Part shown: piece by piece, positions 17,261-27,410 of the stretch
How positions within the stretch are numbered: position 1 is the first letter of the stretch
Layout: every line of letters begins with the position of its first letter
From: a virus
Length of the DNA: 64,000 bases
IMG/VR virus record: IMGVR_UViG_3300008050_000024
Span: 1-64,000 of that record
Reading direction: 5' to 3' (one strand)
Made by a program: the position numbers and the translations under genes
Notes under the pieces: generated by a model
Told to the model about the DNA's origin: nothing
The model's database searches: none
Seen by the model: only the letters and a program-made list of their open reading frames with translations

Positions 17261-17698
17261 TTATTTCATTTGCTTTTTAGCTTTGATCAAAAAAGCTTTC
17301 ATTAAATTATCAGCAATCTTATCTAAAGGCTTGCTGGGATTGATTACGATTGTACCATTGCCGTACTCTGGACCAAGCACATGGTGGTAGTACAGGAACC
17401 ATCCAAGATAGATTTCGGTCTTGGGATTTGTTCGGTTACTAATACTCCAAATCAAGTCAAAATGAGCACCCGATTTTGGGTCCAGAAAATTAAGGTAACG
17501 ATCAATCGGTCTTATCTTTCCTCGTACGACTGTATCCCCGACAACGAATCCATCGGCTCTCAATGAAGCCATAACATCTCGATGAACAAGATCCGATAAC
17601 TGTGGATTGATTTCAATCTTGATGAAGCTGTTAATGTCCCCGCCCTCATTGATGGGACTGATTGTTTCCTGTAGTCCTTCTATTAAAGTCTTTTTCAC
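17261..17698 (-). CDS. Hypothetical protein, possible internal head protein
   Basis: RBS AAGGAG; N-terminal LIE/LQE/INE. Confidence 0.65.
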   Translation of the reverse strand: MKKTLIEGLQETISPINEGGDINSFIKIEINPQLSDLVHRDVMASLRADGFVVGDTVVRGKIRPIDRYLNFLDPKSGAHFDLIWSISNRTNPKTEIYLGWFLYYHHVLGPEYGNGTIVINPSKPLDKIADNLMKAFLIKAKKQMK

Positions 17699-17731
17699 TG
17701 TTGCGTCTCCTTTTATTTTAAAGAATTAAAT

Positions 17732-18127
17732 TTACATTACCCAACGAAATACTTGCCATACAAGGACAAGCACAAGAACCGCACAGAAAATCAAATGCGA
17801 TGTCTTGGGATTATGGAAGATTTGAAATCGCATAGATTGCTTCTTCATCTTCCCCTTGGTCCAGGCTACGTACATGCCCAGGTCTTCACTCACTTTGTTT
17901 CGAACAGTTTCTTTTTCAATATAGTTGTTAAGCATTGTGGCAATGTCATGATTATTCTGAGACCGGCAATGCGTCTTCACTGACTGGATTCCCTTTATCA
18001 TCCCCTCCAGGATTTTCTGATCCTTTGGCGCCCTCATGTACCGAGCTGCTACCATCCCTACGAAGAGAACCGCGTCTACTACGAGTCCCCAGTCCACGGC
18101 CAGAATTGCTGTTATTGTTTCTTGCAT
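17732..18127 (-). CDS. Membrane protein with two TM segments
   Basis: Hydrophobic N- and C-terminal helices; RBS AAGGAG; overlaps the portal 3' end. Confidence 0.65.
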   Translation of the reverse strand: MQETITAILAVDWGLVVDAVLFVGMVAARYMRAPKDQKILEGMIKGIQSVKTHCRSQNNHDIATMLNNYIEKETVRNKVSEDLGMYVAWTKGKMKKQSMRFQIFHNPKTSHLIFCAVLVLVLVWQVFRWVM

Positions 18128-19805
18128 TTTCTCTCCTTGCGTAAAACTGTTCTGCCAATTTACCTCTAATGGTTTTGGCTTCTTTTACAGTGTCCTTCTC
18201 TGGGTCTTCTTCCAAAGCTGGATCTTCGTCGTCGTCATCCTTTGGTCCTCTGTCCTCTGGATCTTTGCCCTTTTCTTTTGCGGCTCTTTCTGTTCCCTCT
18301 TCAGCCTGTCTGAACATTTCCGCCCCTCCCTTAATAGATCCCATCAAGGATTGAACGAGTTGAATGGCTTCAGGGAGTTGAACTTCCGGTCCAAAGATTT
18401 CTGATTCCTTCAATGCTTCGACTAGCGCCATCATCCTTTCGATCATGTCCAGCTTAATATCCAGGGCTTCTATCGTCTGGATTTGCGCCGAGTCAATCGC
18501 GTTCACGAAGTCTACCTCGATGTCACGCCAGGACGCTATCTCAACGTCCGCTATACCGCAGTCTATGGCGATCAGGTGACGGATGGACATGGCCACCGCC
18601 TTCTGACCCTTCATAACCCTCTTCTGTAAGCGGGCATACTGTCGAATCCCCGATCTAGCGTTAGCATCGGTCTGACCATATATCACTTCATAGGGCACAC
18701 CGTTGGCAGTAGTGATTGACTCCCTCTTGTCCCTGATCTTCTGTAATCGATTATCAGCAGATGCATTGGTATTTAATACAATGGGGTCGATTCCCCCTCT
18801 GTTGGGGTCTCGCAAAATGACTTTGATTTGACCTGCAAGTCGAACCGCCTGTTCAATATCTTGCGGGCTCATTGACGACGTGTCTTCTACCGAACGGTTG
18901 ATTCGCTGTTCGTAGTAGTCGATCCAAACTTGTTGTTTCTTTAAATCAAGTCCAGCAGGGGCGTCAACATTGACAAGGGAGTTTCTGTTCAGGTCCGCCA
19001 TTTCCTTAGCGACATCGACAATCTCTAAACTCATCAAATCTCGGATCTGAGGAAGGAGTGTCGAAAACATGGGACGGCCGGACCGTAGGTGATAAGGCAC
19101 CCGGGCCATGCCCATGTCGTTCCCTATCATGATCTTTCGTATACTAGTTGAAATTGTCCAAAACTCGGTAGGTTCCTTGATGACAATTTCGTTACCCCTA
19201 TCTTCCAATACAATAGAGGGTAATTTCTTCCGGTGAACCGACACAACCGATAGGGGTTGTAATGTATCTAAAATATCAATCACACCCTCTTTAGGATCAG
19301 TAACGACTTTCAATGAATAGTCACCCCAGAATAGAGCTTCAGGCACTATGTCTGCAACAATCTCTTCCAAGTCGAAAAGCTCCAACAGGCGCTTGATTCT
19401 CTTTTCAATTTTTTGTTGGTTTTTTGCCCCCTCTTTTACCCTAATAGAAAATATCTCATTCGTGATGGGATCTGGGGAGAGCATTTCATCAGACAGTGTA
19501 TGTACGATTTCGTCGACCAAATAATAGTCCTGGTATGAATCCAGGGCTAGATAAAGTCTTCGCAATGACGCATACGTTTCGTACACCTTCATCGCCATCG
19601 CCGATTCGATTTCGTTAAATCGACTAGACCGGCGTAAATTTGTTTCAAGCGTCTTTAATTCAAGAGCTTCTCTCTCTGCGGTCTGTTCTTTTGTTTCCTT
19701 GTCTTTTTTCTTTACTTCGGGATGTTCGAGTTCGTCATCCCTTCGTACTAACTCGCCTACCGCTCGTCTCCATCTCATTGGGTTTAATGCTGAAAACCAA
19801 CTCAT
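17952..19805 (-). CDS. Portal protein (T4 gp20-like)
   Basis: Follows terL; size; motifs FWGD and GRPMF; acidic low-complexity tail. Confidence 0.75.
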   Translation of the reverse strand: MSWFSALNPMRWRRAVGELVRRDDELEHPEVKKKDKETKEQTAEREALELKTLETNLRRSSRFNEIESAMAMKVYETYASLRRLYLALDSYQDYYLVDEIVHTLSDEMLSPDPITNEIFSIRVKEGAKNQQKIEKRIKRLLELFDLEEIVADIVPEALFWGDYSLKVVTDPKEGVIDILDTLQPLSVVSVHRKKLPSIVLEDRGNEIVIKEPTEFWTISTSIRKIMIGNDMGMARVPYHLRSGRPMFSTLLPQIRDLMSLEIVDVAKEMADLNRNSLVNVDAPAGLDLKKQQVWIDYYEQRINRSVEDTSSMSPQDIEQAVRLAGQIKVILRDPNRGGIDPIVLNTNASADNRLQKIRDKRESITTANGVPYEVIYGQTDANARSGIRQYARLQKRVMKGQKAVAMSIRHLIAIDCGIADVEIASWRDIEVDFVNAIDSAQIQTIEALDIKLDMIERMMALVEALKESEIFGPEVQLPEAIQLVQSLMGSIKGGAEMFRQAEEGTERAAKEKGKDPEDRGPKDDDDEDPALEEDPEKDTVKEAKTIRGKLAEQFYARRENARNNNSNSGRGLGTRSRRGSLRRDGSSSVHEGAKGSENPGGDDKGNPVSEDALPVSE

Positions 19806-21673
19806 CTAAATCCTCTCCTCCACCCTTTGCGTTCGAACAATGAGGGTGACGTTTCATTTTTTAGTGCTTCTTCCATTTGTTTGGTAAGGTCGTCTGCGGT
19901 ATTGTCTGGTAGTAAGTTCAACTTAGAACACATATAAGTGCTCCCCGCACAAGCATCCGAACCGTCTTTACTGCCTTTTGGAGGGTGATCGAATTTCTTA
20001 CCCACATCCCTCAATTCTTTGAATTCCTTTTTCAGTATAGCACTCTTTGGTCCCCTCCACCTTTCCTCTACAATCGACTGGGCAATACCCTGATACGCAT
20101 GCTTGTGTTTATCGAGTGAAAGCTCCTCAGTCTTAAACCCGGCTTTCATACATCTTTGGAGGAAATCGACTGATTGGTATCCGTCGGCTGATATGCAAGA
20201 TATTGTCATACCTAAATCTCGAAGTTTAACCACGAAATTGAATATCTTATACAATGGGATTTGATCGCCTTTAAGGGCTTCTAGGAAAAGACAAAACGGT
20301 GTAGATATCAGTGACCCGGCTGCTTCTTCGTAGGAACCTTTCGAAGCATTGAACCGACTTACTTTCTTAGCTCCTACACCTACCGATGCCGCTAGAGCTG
20401 CTCTGTCTGTCGTTTTTGCAAAGTCACAGTGAATACAGTAACTACCCTCCATCGACTTTATCATCGTTATGAGTAGACTGAGGTTAACGAAATCGACTAT
20501 TTCTTCATCTCCCATCACAGGGATTCGAATTACTTCGACCGTCGTTATGGGTTCGATGACGAGGGATTTCGTAAGGGCCTCTACCTTTCGAATTAGCTTC
20601 GACTGGCCCCTTGTACTCCTACCGGCAATCTCCTTCAACGCTTGGTGTATATCTTCGACGAATTCGTTGTAGTACTCAATCGGTACTTCTAAGATGTCTG
20701 CAGCGTCTAATAATGCCAGTTGACCCTCATCCTCTACAATGAAAGGATCTGTATTTTCGTTTCCTTTAAATACTAGGAAAACCTCGTCGGTGTGTTCCTC
20801 TGGTTTTGCTTCCCAAATGGACATATCGACGACGTAGGTCTGGGGATCGTTGCCGGCGGCGTCTACCCTCATGTCTAGGAAGTCTGCTTCAGTGTTTCGA
20901 CTAGACATTAACCACAAATGGCCGGGGACTGGGTTGCCCTTCTTCATGAACCTACTTTTCATTCTTCGTCTTAGGGCTAAATAATTGATCATTACCTGAT
21001 CAGTCACAAACCCTCCGAAGTTCGATTCATCTATCAGAGCGGCGAATATGGCTCGTCCTATACCGTGTCCAGCCCTCGATCCAATCTGTATGTCAATACT
21101 TTTTGGTAGAAGAGGTCGTTTCCCCTTGTGTCCCTTATACTGCTTCTTGGCTAAACCCATATGGTGCTGGAAGAAAGGACTTTCGAGGAGAATGTACTGG
21201 AGCTGGCTCCACGTGACGTCTTCGGCTGTGTCCAAGTTCAAGGAAAACAGTGCGAATGTCAGTATAGTGCTTTCAATCAACCCATACTTGTATTGCGGCT
21301 GGGAAAGATGAAGCATTTTGCACAAGTCATATGCAATACCGACGACAGCGAATGTCGTCTTACCAGTTCCAATGGCACCCGTTAATATGATTTCGGTAAA
21401 GGGTGAAAAGAAAGGGTCTGGAAACAGTTGAATTGCATGCTGTCTCCATACGTCCCACAATGCCTGCTGGCGTCTGACTAGTACCCCGAACTCATCTTGT
21501 ATATAGTCTTGAGTGAAAGGGTCTCTTTCATACCGTCCATATATGTTACCTAAGTAATAAGGATCATCTAGGAAGGTAATGACGTCTGGTGGGGCTTTGT
21601 CGTACCCCTGCTGGCTGGCATACAATGCGTATACCGCCTCGATGGGCGTATTCTCGATAAGGGCTGTCGTCAT
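19802..21673 (-). CDS. terL: Terminase large subunit
   Basis: Walker A TGAIGTGKT, Walker B LIDE, nuclease motifs HCDFA, SADGYQS, SKDGSDA. Confidence 0.92.
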   Translation of the reverse strand: MTTALIENTPIEAVYALYASQQGYDKAPPDVITFLDDPYYLGNIYGRYERDPFTQDYIQDEFGVLVRRQQALWDVWRQHAIQLFPDPFFSPFTEIILTGAIGTGKTTFAVVGIAYDLCKMLHLSQPQYKYGLIESTILTFALFSLNLDTAEDVTWSQLQYILLESPFFQHHMGLAKKQYKGHKGKRPLLPKSIDIQIGSRAGHGIGRAIFAALIDESNFGGFVTDQVMINYLALRRRMKSRFMKKGNPVPGHLWLMSSRNTEADFLDMRVDAAGNDPQTYVVDMSIWEAKPEEHTDEVFLVFKGNENTDPFIVEDEGQLALLDAADILEVPIEYYNEFVEDIHQALKEIAGRSTRGQSKLIRKVEALTKSLVIEPITTVEVIRIPVMGDEEIVDFVNLSLLITMIKSMEGSYCIHCDFAKTTDRAALAASVGVGAKKVSRFNASKGSYEEAAGSLISTPFCLFLEALKGDQIPLYKIFNFVVKLRDLGMTISCISADGYQSVDFLQRCMKAGFKTEELSLDKHKHAYQGIAQSIVEERWRGPKSAILKKEFKELRDVGKKFDHPPKGSKDGSDACAGSTYMCSKLNLLPDNTADDLTKQMEEALKNETSPSLFERKGWRRGFR

Positions 21674-22251
21674 TACTCTGTATCCTGTACCGGATTAGAC
21701 TTGATGGCGTCTACCAACACTTCTACCTCTTCCGGTGTGAATTTTGGAATTCGACTCGTTATTTCTTTTTCCTGTTGGCCTGCGTCAATCGTCTTCTGTT
21801 GTTTCGACTCATCTTTCAAGGCTGCTATGGCTTCCGCTATGCGGTCTACCTGTCCTTCCTTGACTGCGTGTCGTAACAATTCGGTCTTTTGTTTGATTGA
21901 GCTTTGGGCTAACTTCGCCACTTCCATCTGGTCTCTCATTGTGACCATCTCTCCAGCGGCTGTCTTACCAGTAGCGGCTGCATCTAGCAATACACCTTCG
22001 AGTCTGTCCGTAGTCGCCATCATCGAATGGAGGGAGTCTGTCGTCCTTAATGCTAAGTCCGTCATGAACACTTGCAAACCTAGGGCTGTCTTGCCCAACA
22101 TAGTGGCAATAGAGGATTCTACCGAGTCTCCTTTGCCTACTCTCAACATAATACTATCCATTATGCTGAGTTGTTCATCATTGCGTTCTTTCGGTGTAGC
22201 AGTAGTACGAATTATACTGTTTTTCTGTACTGGGGGATTAGTTCTTTTCAT
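21673..22251 (-). CDS. Putative terminase small subunit
   Basis: Helical 192-aa ORF immediately upstream of and coupled to terL (positional evidence only). Confidence 0.5.
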   Translation of the reverse strand: MKRTNPPVQKNSIIRTTATPKERNDEQLSIMDSIMLRVGKGDSVESSIATMLGKTALGLQVFMTDLALRTTDSLHSMMATTDRLEGVLLDAAATGKTAAGEMVTMRDQMEVAKLAQSSIKQKTELLRHAVKEGQVDRIAEAIAALKDESKQQKTIDAGQQEKEITSRIPKFTPEEVEVLVDAIKSNPVQDTE

Positions 22252-22327
22252 AGTTTTTTCCTAATGTCGCTAAAGAGTTAACTCAAGTCTTAGACGCAGA
22301 TTTCGCTTTCCCTCATTTATTGAAGTA

Positions 22328-22359
22328 TTGACGTGTATACGAAAAAAATGTAATATAAT
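22328..22359 (+). promoter_or_regulatory. Sigma70-like promoter at the strand switch
   Basis: TTGACG-17-TAATAT (TATAAT adjacent). Confidence 0.7.
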
Positions 22360-22380
22360 AATATCTTGTACTAATTTTGT

Positions 22381-23985
22381 GTGAATACGCCTTACGAAGT
22401 AAGGTTGAGGGGTTTCGACTTAATGATCATAGCTAGAGATTTAGGGGATAGAATTCAAGTCAAAGTAAAGTTTGACCCAGGGTTAATTTCTGTACTTTAC
22501 TCGGGACTGAAAGGAACAGAGGTCTACAATTCTTCATGGCTTGTGGATCGTACTCTTTCGAATGTGTTATTCCTTTCTGCTAATGGGGCTTTACTCGACC
22601 CTGGGTTGCAGGGTCTTTTGCGGGAAAACGTGCCTAAGGGTTTTGAGGCTATGTTTCCTTACCAGAAGATAGGCTATAACTTCCTACAGAACCGCAATGG
22701 GAGGGCTTTACTCGCCGATGATATGGGATTGGGTAAAACTGTCCAGGCATTGGCGTATGTCCAAGGGAACCCTCACAAATGGCCTGTCGTCGTAGTGTGT
22801 CCTGCTAGTGTCAAATACAATTGGGCGCGGGAGGCTGAAAAGTGGTGTGGCATCAAACCTTATGTCATTTCTGGTAAGAAGACTTTCGCACTGTCTCCTG
22901 ATCGTATGTTCATTATCAATTATGATATTCTTTCTAGTTGGGTTAAGCCTTTGCGGGATGTGGGCATTCAAGTCATTATCACTGATGAGTGTCACTACTA
23001 CAAAGCGACTAGTGCTGCGAGGACGAAGGCGGTTAAGAAGCTGGCTATGGGGATTCCTCATTTCATGGCGTTGAGTGGCACACCGATACTCAGTCGTCCT
23101 ATTGAGATTTTCAATGCTGCGCAAATCATACAGCCGGGTGTCGTAGGCACTTATATGTACTTCATACAGCATTTCTGTGCGGCTAAATGGGACGGTTTTG
23201 ATTGGGACACTAAAGGGGCCTCCAACATAGAGGAACTCCATAATACCCTCCGAAGTACGATTATGATTCGTCGTCGGAAGGCGGAAGTATTGCCTGACTT
23301 ACCGGCTAAGCGTCGTGAACTAGTTGCTATGCATATGAGCGAGGCTGTTTGGAAAAAGTACAACAGGGCTAAGACAGGATTGATAGAGGCCTTGGAGGAT
23401 AATCAGTCTTCGCCGGGCGGTAAGTTGAATATGCATGTCTTTTCTTTAATGCATAAACTCCATGACATGGTTGTGGATGCTAAACTCGTTCAATGTATGA
23501 AGTGGATTGAGGATTACCTGGAATGTGGCAATAAACTTGTTGTCTTTGCTATTCATAAAAAGGTTATTGCGCTCGTCATGGATAAGTTTGCGGGGCGTGT
23601 CGTTAAGGTGGATGGCAGTGTCACTGGCATTAAACGCCAGGAGGCCGTGGATCGTTTTCAACAAGATGAAGGAATACGGCTATTCGCAGGTAACATCAAG
23701 GCGGCTGGTGAGGGGATCACTCTTACGGCTGCCCAGGATACATGCTTCTTGGAGTTTGATTGGACCCCGGGAATGCACCAACAGGCAGAGGATCGTGTTC
23801 ATAGAATTGGACAAACGGCGAGTTCCTGTATTGCCTATTACCTAGCCGTTGCTAACACGATTGAGGAAGTACGTATCAACACCCTTACTCGTAAACAGTC
23901 TGTCCTAGATGGCGTCCTTGACGGGGAAGCCGGGATGGATGCTATGTCATTCAAGGAGTTATTAGAAACACTGAAAAAGCATTGA
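22381..23985 (+). CDS. SNF2-family helicase/translocase, copy 1
   Basis: LADDMGLGKT, DECH, LSGTP, QAEDRVHRIGQ. Confidence 0.93.
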   Translation: MNTPYEVRLRGFDLMIIARDLGDRIQVKVKFDPGLISVLYSGLKGTEVYNSSWLVDRTLSNVLFLSANGALLDPGLQGLLRENVPKGFEAMFPYQKIGYNFLQNRNGRALLADDMGLGKTVQALAYVQGNPHKWPVVVVCPASVKYNWAREAEKWCGIKPYVISGKKTFALSPDRMFIINYDILSSWVKPLRDVGIQVIITDECHYYKATSAARTKAVKKLAMGIPHFMALSGTPILSRPIEIFNAAQIIQPGVVGTYMYFIQHFCAAKWDGFDWDTKGASNIEELHNTLRSTIMIRRRKAEVLPDLPAKRRELVAMHMSEAVWKKYNRAKTGLIEALEDNQSSPGGKLNMHVFSLMHKLHDMVVDAKLVQCMKWIEDYLECGNKLVVFAIHKKVIALVMDKFAGRVVKVDGSVTGIKRQEAVDRFQQDEGIRLFAGNIKAAGEGITLTAAQDTCFLEFDWTPGMHQQAEDRVHRIGQTASSCIAYYLAVANTIEEVRINTLTRKQSVLDGVLDGEAGMDAMSFKELLETLKKH

Positions 23986-23999
23986 CAAAGGAGAATCAA

Positions 24000-24215
24000 A
24001 TGTGTCAAGAGCGTTTAGCACTCGAAGAGCTAGAAACCATTCTTAAGAATCCCCGCCTACAGCTCAAACCTACAGATCCCGAGCCCACGACAGAACAGCT
24101 CGAAGAGTGGGCGGGGGATAGTGTCATGGAGGCTACTGACGGCTGTACCGTTGAACCCGATGGTATTTGTTGTCACGGGCATGTGAGTTGGTTCCTCCAT
24201 TACTTGGTCATCTAA
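24000..24215 (+). CDS. Small conserved-type phage protein
   Basis: EATDGCTVEPDGICCHGHVSW; RBS AAGGAG. Confidence 0.65.
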   Translation: MCQERLALEELETILKNPRLQLKPTDPEPTTEQLEEWAGDSVMEATDGCTVEPDGICCHGHVSWFLHYLVI

Positions 24216-24564
24216 TTACGTGTGTATTGTCATATAAAGAGAAACTCTTGAGAGATATAAAAGCGACTGCTGAGGAGATCAGAGAGGCTACGGGCATTTG
24301 TTATAAATTGCCCGCACTGTGTCCTCAGTGTGATTCGTTGTCGGTCGTTTTGAATAATGCGACAAAGCGCATTGCTTGTGCGTTCTGCGAGTGGGACAGG
24401 GACAAGGACGAGGAGGAATAATGGCCGGGCCGATAAGAATCGTACTTGAAAATAAAAACACAAAAGAGGCCTTGCTTCTTCAGTACCTTAAATTACTCAA
24501 AGATATATGTTCCCTGCAAAGTATGGTAGATGTTATCCGAGACCTAGACAAGAGTGGATAGATA

Positions 24565-25227
24565 ATGAGAAAGAATAATACCATAAAAATCACGAAAGAA
24601 GAGGCCGAAATCATCCTTGTGTGTTTATCCTTATGCATTAAAGATGTGGAACTGTGGACCGACATCCCGATGTTTCTTCGTAAGATGTGCAAATCTACTA
24701 TATCAGATCTTATGACCTATCAGGTTCCTCCATTTAAGCTGGGTGATCCTCTAGATTACGCCACAGAAATAACTACAGACACCGACGTACTGTGTGAGCT
24801 TCTAACCTATACCTCAAACTCTCTTCACGAAACATGGAAGATGTGGTACAAGGGATTCTTTCCTGATGTCAGTGACAATACTTTAGAACGAGTATGGGAA
24901 GGCTACCGTTTGAAAATGGTTGAGGTTTTGCAAAACCTCCAACGACAAACCGACTACAAACTAAAAAAAGAAATTACCGAAGACCCGACCCCCTTCCCAA
25001 CAGAAGAAGAAGGAGATTGGCCCTTTGATCCTGTTGTAGGACAGCGTCTCATAATTAAACGAGTTGTGATACCAGGTGAAGATCCCACCACTTACTATCG
25101 AGTAGTTGCCAACGTACAAAAGGAAACGTTTATTCTTGTATTTACCGAACCAATAGAAGGCCTCAATAGAATTGCCTTTCCCCCTTACGACTGGCACAAT
25201 ATGCAATTTGATCGAGCGGAGAGTTAA
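24565..25227 (+). CDS. Hypothetical protein
   Basis: 220-aa ORF in the plus-strand array. Confidence 0.65.
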   Translation: MRKNNTIKITKEEAEIILVCLSLCIKDVELWTDIPMFLRKMCKSTISDLMTYQVPPFKLGDPLDYATEITTDTDVLCELLTYTSNSLHETWKMWYKGFFPDVSDNTLERVWEGYRLKMVEVLQNLQRQTDYKLKKEITEDPTPFPTEEEGDWPFDPVVGQRLIIKRVVIPGEDPTTYYRVVANVQKETFILVFTEPIEGLNRIAFPPYDWHNMQFDRAES

Positions 25228-25456
25228 AATGGAACAGCCTATCGATAAGTTCACGGCTATACAATACGCATTAGGTGCTTTTGCCTTCTATGTCCTCTGG
25301 TGTATATTCTGGCTAAGAATAGAAAAGAAGTTTTGCCAGAACCAAGAGGAACAAGACAAGACAAGAAAAGAAGAACATAGATTATATTGACTTTGTCTTT
25401 TCAACTCCTTTATACTCAGACAAGTCCATGTTTGAAAGCGTTCAAAAGGAGAATCA

Positions 25457-25672
25457 GTGAAAAGAAAAACAGTCGTACACGCCATCACAGCCATCCTGTA
25501 CATTGGCATGATTAAAGCATCAATCTACTTAGGCTATTTTGGTATGCAATATGAAACAACCGCAGTTGCCGCACAGTACAGCAAGTATCTAGCTCTGGTC
25601 CTTGTAGAAACAGCTCAAATGTTTATTTGTGCCGGGATGTTATTGCTACTAATCACAAAGGATCCCCAATGA
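25457..25672 (+). CDS. Small membrane protein
   Basis: Two hydrophobic helices; RBS AAGGAG. Confidence 0.6.
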   Translation: MKRKTVVHAITAILYIGMIKASIYLGYFGMQYETTAVAAQYSKYLALVLVETAQMFICAGMLLLLITKDPQ

Positions 25673-26652
25673 TTGAACAATTCAGAAACAAACGATTCAA
25701 CTCCCGAAAAACGGAGTTGCTAGAATACACCCAGGGCATTATGGCCGAATATGCCCGTCAAGGAATCGCTCTTACACTGCGACAACTCTACTATCAGTTA
25801 GTGGCCCGGGGTGTTATTCCCAATGAAATACGTCAATACAAAAATCTAAGCGTATTTGCCACAGACGCTCGCTATGGAGGATACGTTGACTGGAATGCTA
25901 TTGAAGACCGTATCCGCAGACCCTCTGTCCCTGGAGAGTGGGAAAACACTCGACAAATGATCGATCAAGTGATGCCGTCCTACAGGCTACCCCGTTGGCG
26001 GGACCAAGACAAATACGTCGAACTCCTCACGGAAAAGGACGCCCTCAGTTCTGTCCTGCAACCCCTGGCTAGCAAGTATCATATCCCCTATTGTGTTAAT
26101 CGAGGATACACGTCGGCGTCGTCAATTTACGATCTCCGAAACCGCCTCTATTATCAAGTCAAAGTAGAAGGCAAAAAAGTCGTTATTCTATATCTAGGGG
26201 ATCATGACCCCAGCGGATTAGACATGATCCGGGACATTAAGGACAGACTGCACGAAATGCTAGAATCGCCGTTCGCTGAAAAATGGATTGATTTTGAGGA
26301 TAATGTTCAAATTATACAAGTCGCCTTAACCATGGAACAAATCAAACAGTATGATCCTCCTCCTAACCCCGCCAAGCTCACAGACACTCGAGCCCGTTGG
26401 TATATTGAAAAATGGGGAGAGTCCTGCTGGGAAGTGGATGCCCTTCCTCCAGACAAAATGATTCGAATAGTGGAGAATGCCATCAAGGAGCATATCGACC
26501 TTGAGAAGTATGAAGCGATTAAAGAATTAGAGTGCAAGCAACGCAAACAGGTATTTGACCTTCTTGACGGCAAAGGCCTTAAGAAGAAAAAGCGAAGACG
26601 CAAGAAGAAAAAGGGAATCGAAAAGTGCTACGGCAAAAAAACCAAACGATGA
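25669..26652 (+). CDS. Toprim-domain protein (TopoVI-A/DUF2399-like) with N-terminal winged helix
   Basis: TLRQLYYQLV, EKDAL, LYLGDHDPSG, WEVDAL. Confidence 0.8.
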   Translation: MIEQFRNKRFNSRKTELLEYTQGIMAEYARQGIALTLRQLYYQLVARGVIPNEIRQYKNLSVFATDARYGGYVDWNAIEDRIRRPSVPGEWENTRQMIDQVMPSYRLPRWRDQDKYVELLTEKDALSSVLQPLASKYHIPYCVNRGYTSASSIYDLRNRLYYQVKVEGKKVVILYLGDHDPSGLDMIRDIKDRLHEMLESPFAEKWIDFEDNVQIIQVALTMEQIKQYDPPPNPAKLTDTRARWYIEKWGESCWEVDALPPDKMIRIVENAIKEHIDLEKYEAIKELECKQRKQVFDLLDGKGLKKKKRRRKKKKGIEKCYGKKTKR

Positions 26653-26740
26653 TTTAAGGGGGCTAAAATCCCGGGATAAAACTGTTTTGGATACAATGTA
26701 ACGGCGTATATGGCAAGAACACAAATTTGGAGGATCTAAA

Positions 26741-27070
26741 GTGACAACAAGACAACCCATACAGCAGCGCTACAACGATATAGAGCAGTATATCCGACAA
26801 GGAGAATGCGCCGCTCCCTCAAATAACCGAATGGTCCGCTGGTTTGTTACATACCCACAATGTCGACATGAAGCCTATCCAATTGAAATACTACTAGCCC
26901 CGAATAAAAAAATGCTAGACGCCAAAGAATTAGATCCTGTCGGCTGGTTGGTAGTAGAATGGTTGCTGGAAGGATCTCCTCGCTTTTATCTAACACAACA
27001 GGACGCATACAACGATACCAATCGCATTCCCTCTACTGAATACACTCCAAAGGATTTCAATGATTACTAG
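26741..27070 (+). CDS. Hypothetical protein
   Basis: RBS GGAGG. Confidence 0.6.
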   Translation: MTTRQPIQQRYNDIEQYIRQGECAAPSNNRMVRWFVTYPQCRHEAYPIEILLAPNKKMLDAKELDPVGWLVVEWLLEGSPRFYLTQQDAYNDTNRIPSTEYTPKDFNDY

Positions 27071-27398
27071 ACACTTTATTCGACTTGCTGGCGAATGGCG
27101 AAGCAACTTCGATCCCAAAAGTCCGAATGACATGATAGTCAAACCTCGCCATGAAATGCTCATCAACTTAGACTGGATCAAGTTTGCTTTTCGAATACGG
27201 GAAAACCTTAGTGTCTTTCTAATCAAGGAAAAGATCCCAGGGATTTCCGAAATGGAGTCGATCTGGTTCTTCGTTCCTATGTCTTTAGAGGACATTGAAA
27301 AGCATATCATAGCCTGTGGGGGCAAAATAAGACACACAAGGAAATTCAATAAAACGAAAAAAGTTAATAAAAAGCCACACAAAAAGGAAAAAGACTAG
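27060..27398 (+). CDS. Hypothetical protein
   Basis: Operon packing. Confidence 0.55.
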   Translation: MITRHFIRLAGEWRSNFDPKSPNDMIVKPRHEMLINLDWIKFAFRIRENLSVFLIKEKIPGISEMESIWFFVPMSLEDIEKHIIACGGKIRHTRKFNKTKKVNKKPHKKEKD

Positions 27399-27410
27399 TA
27401 TACTCAAAAT

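Noticed and set aside
21701-22264. Antisense ORFs (also 22708-23241, 42446-42940 and similar)
   Set aside because: They are shadows of well-supported genes on the opposite strand.
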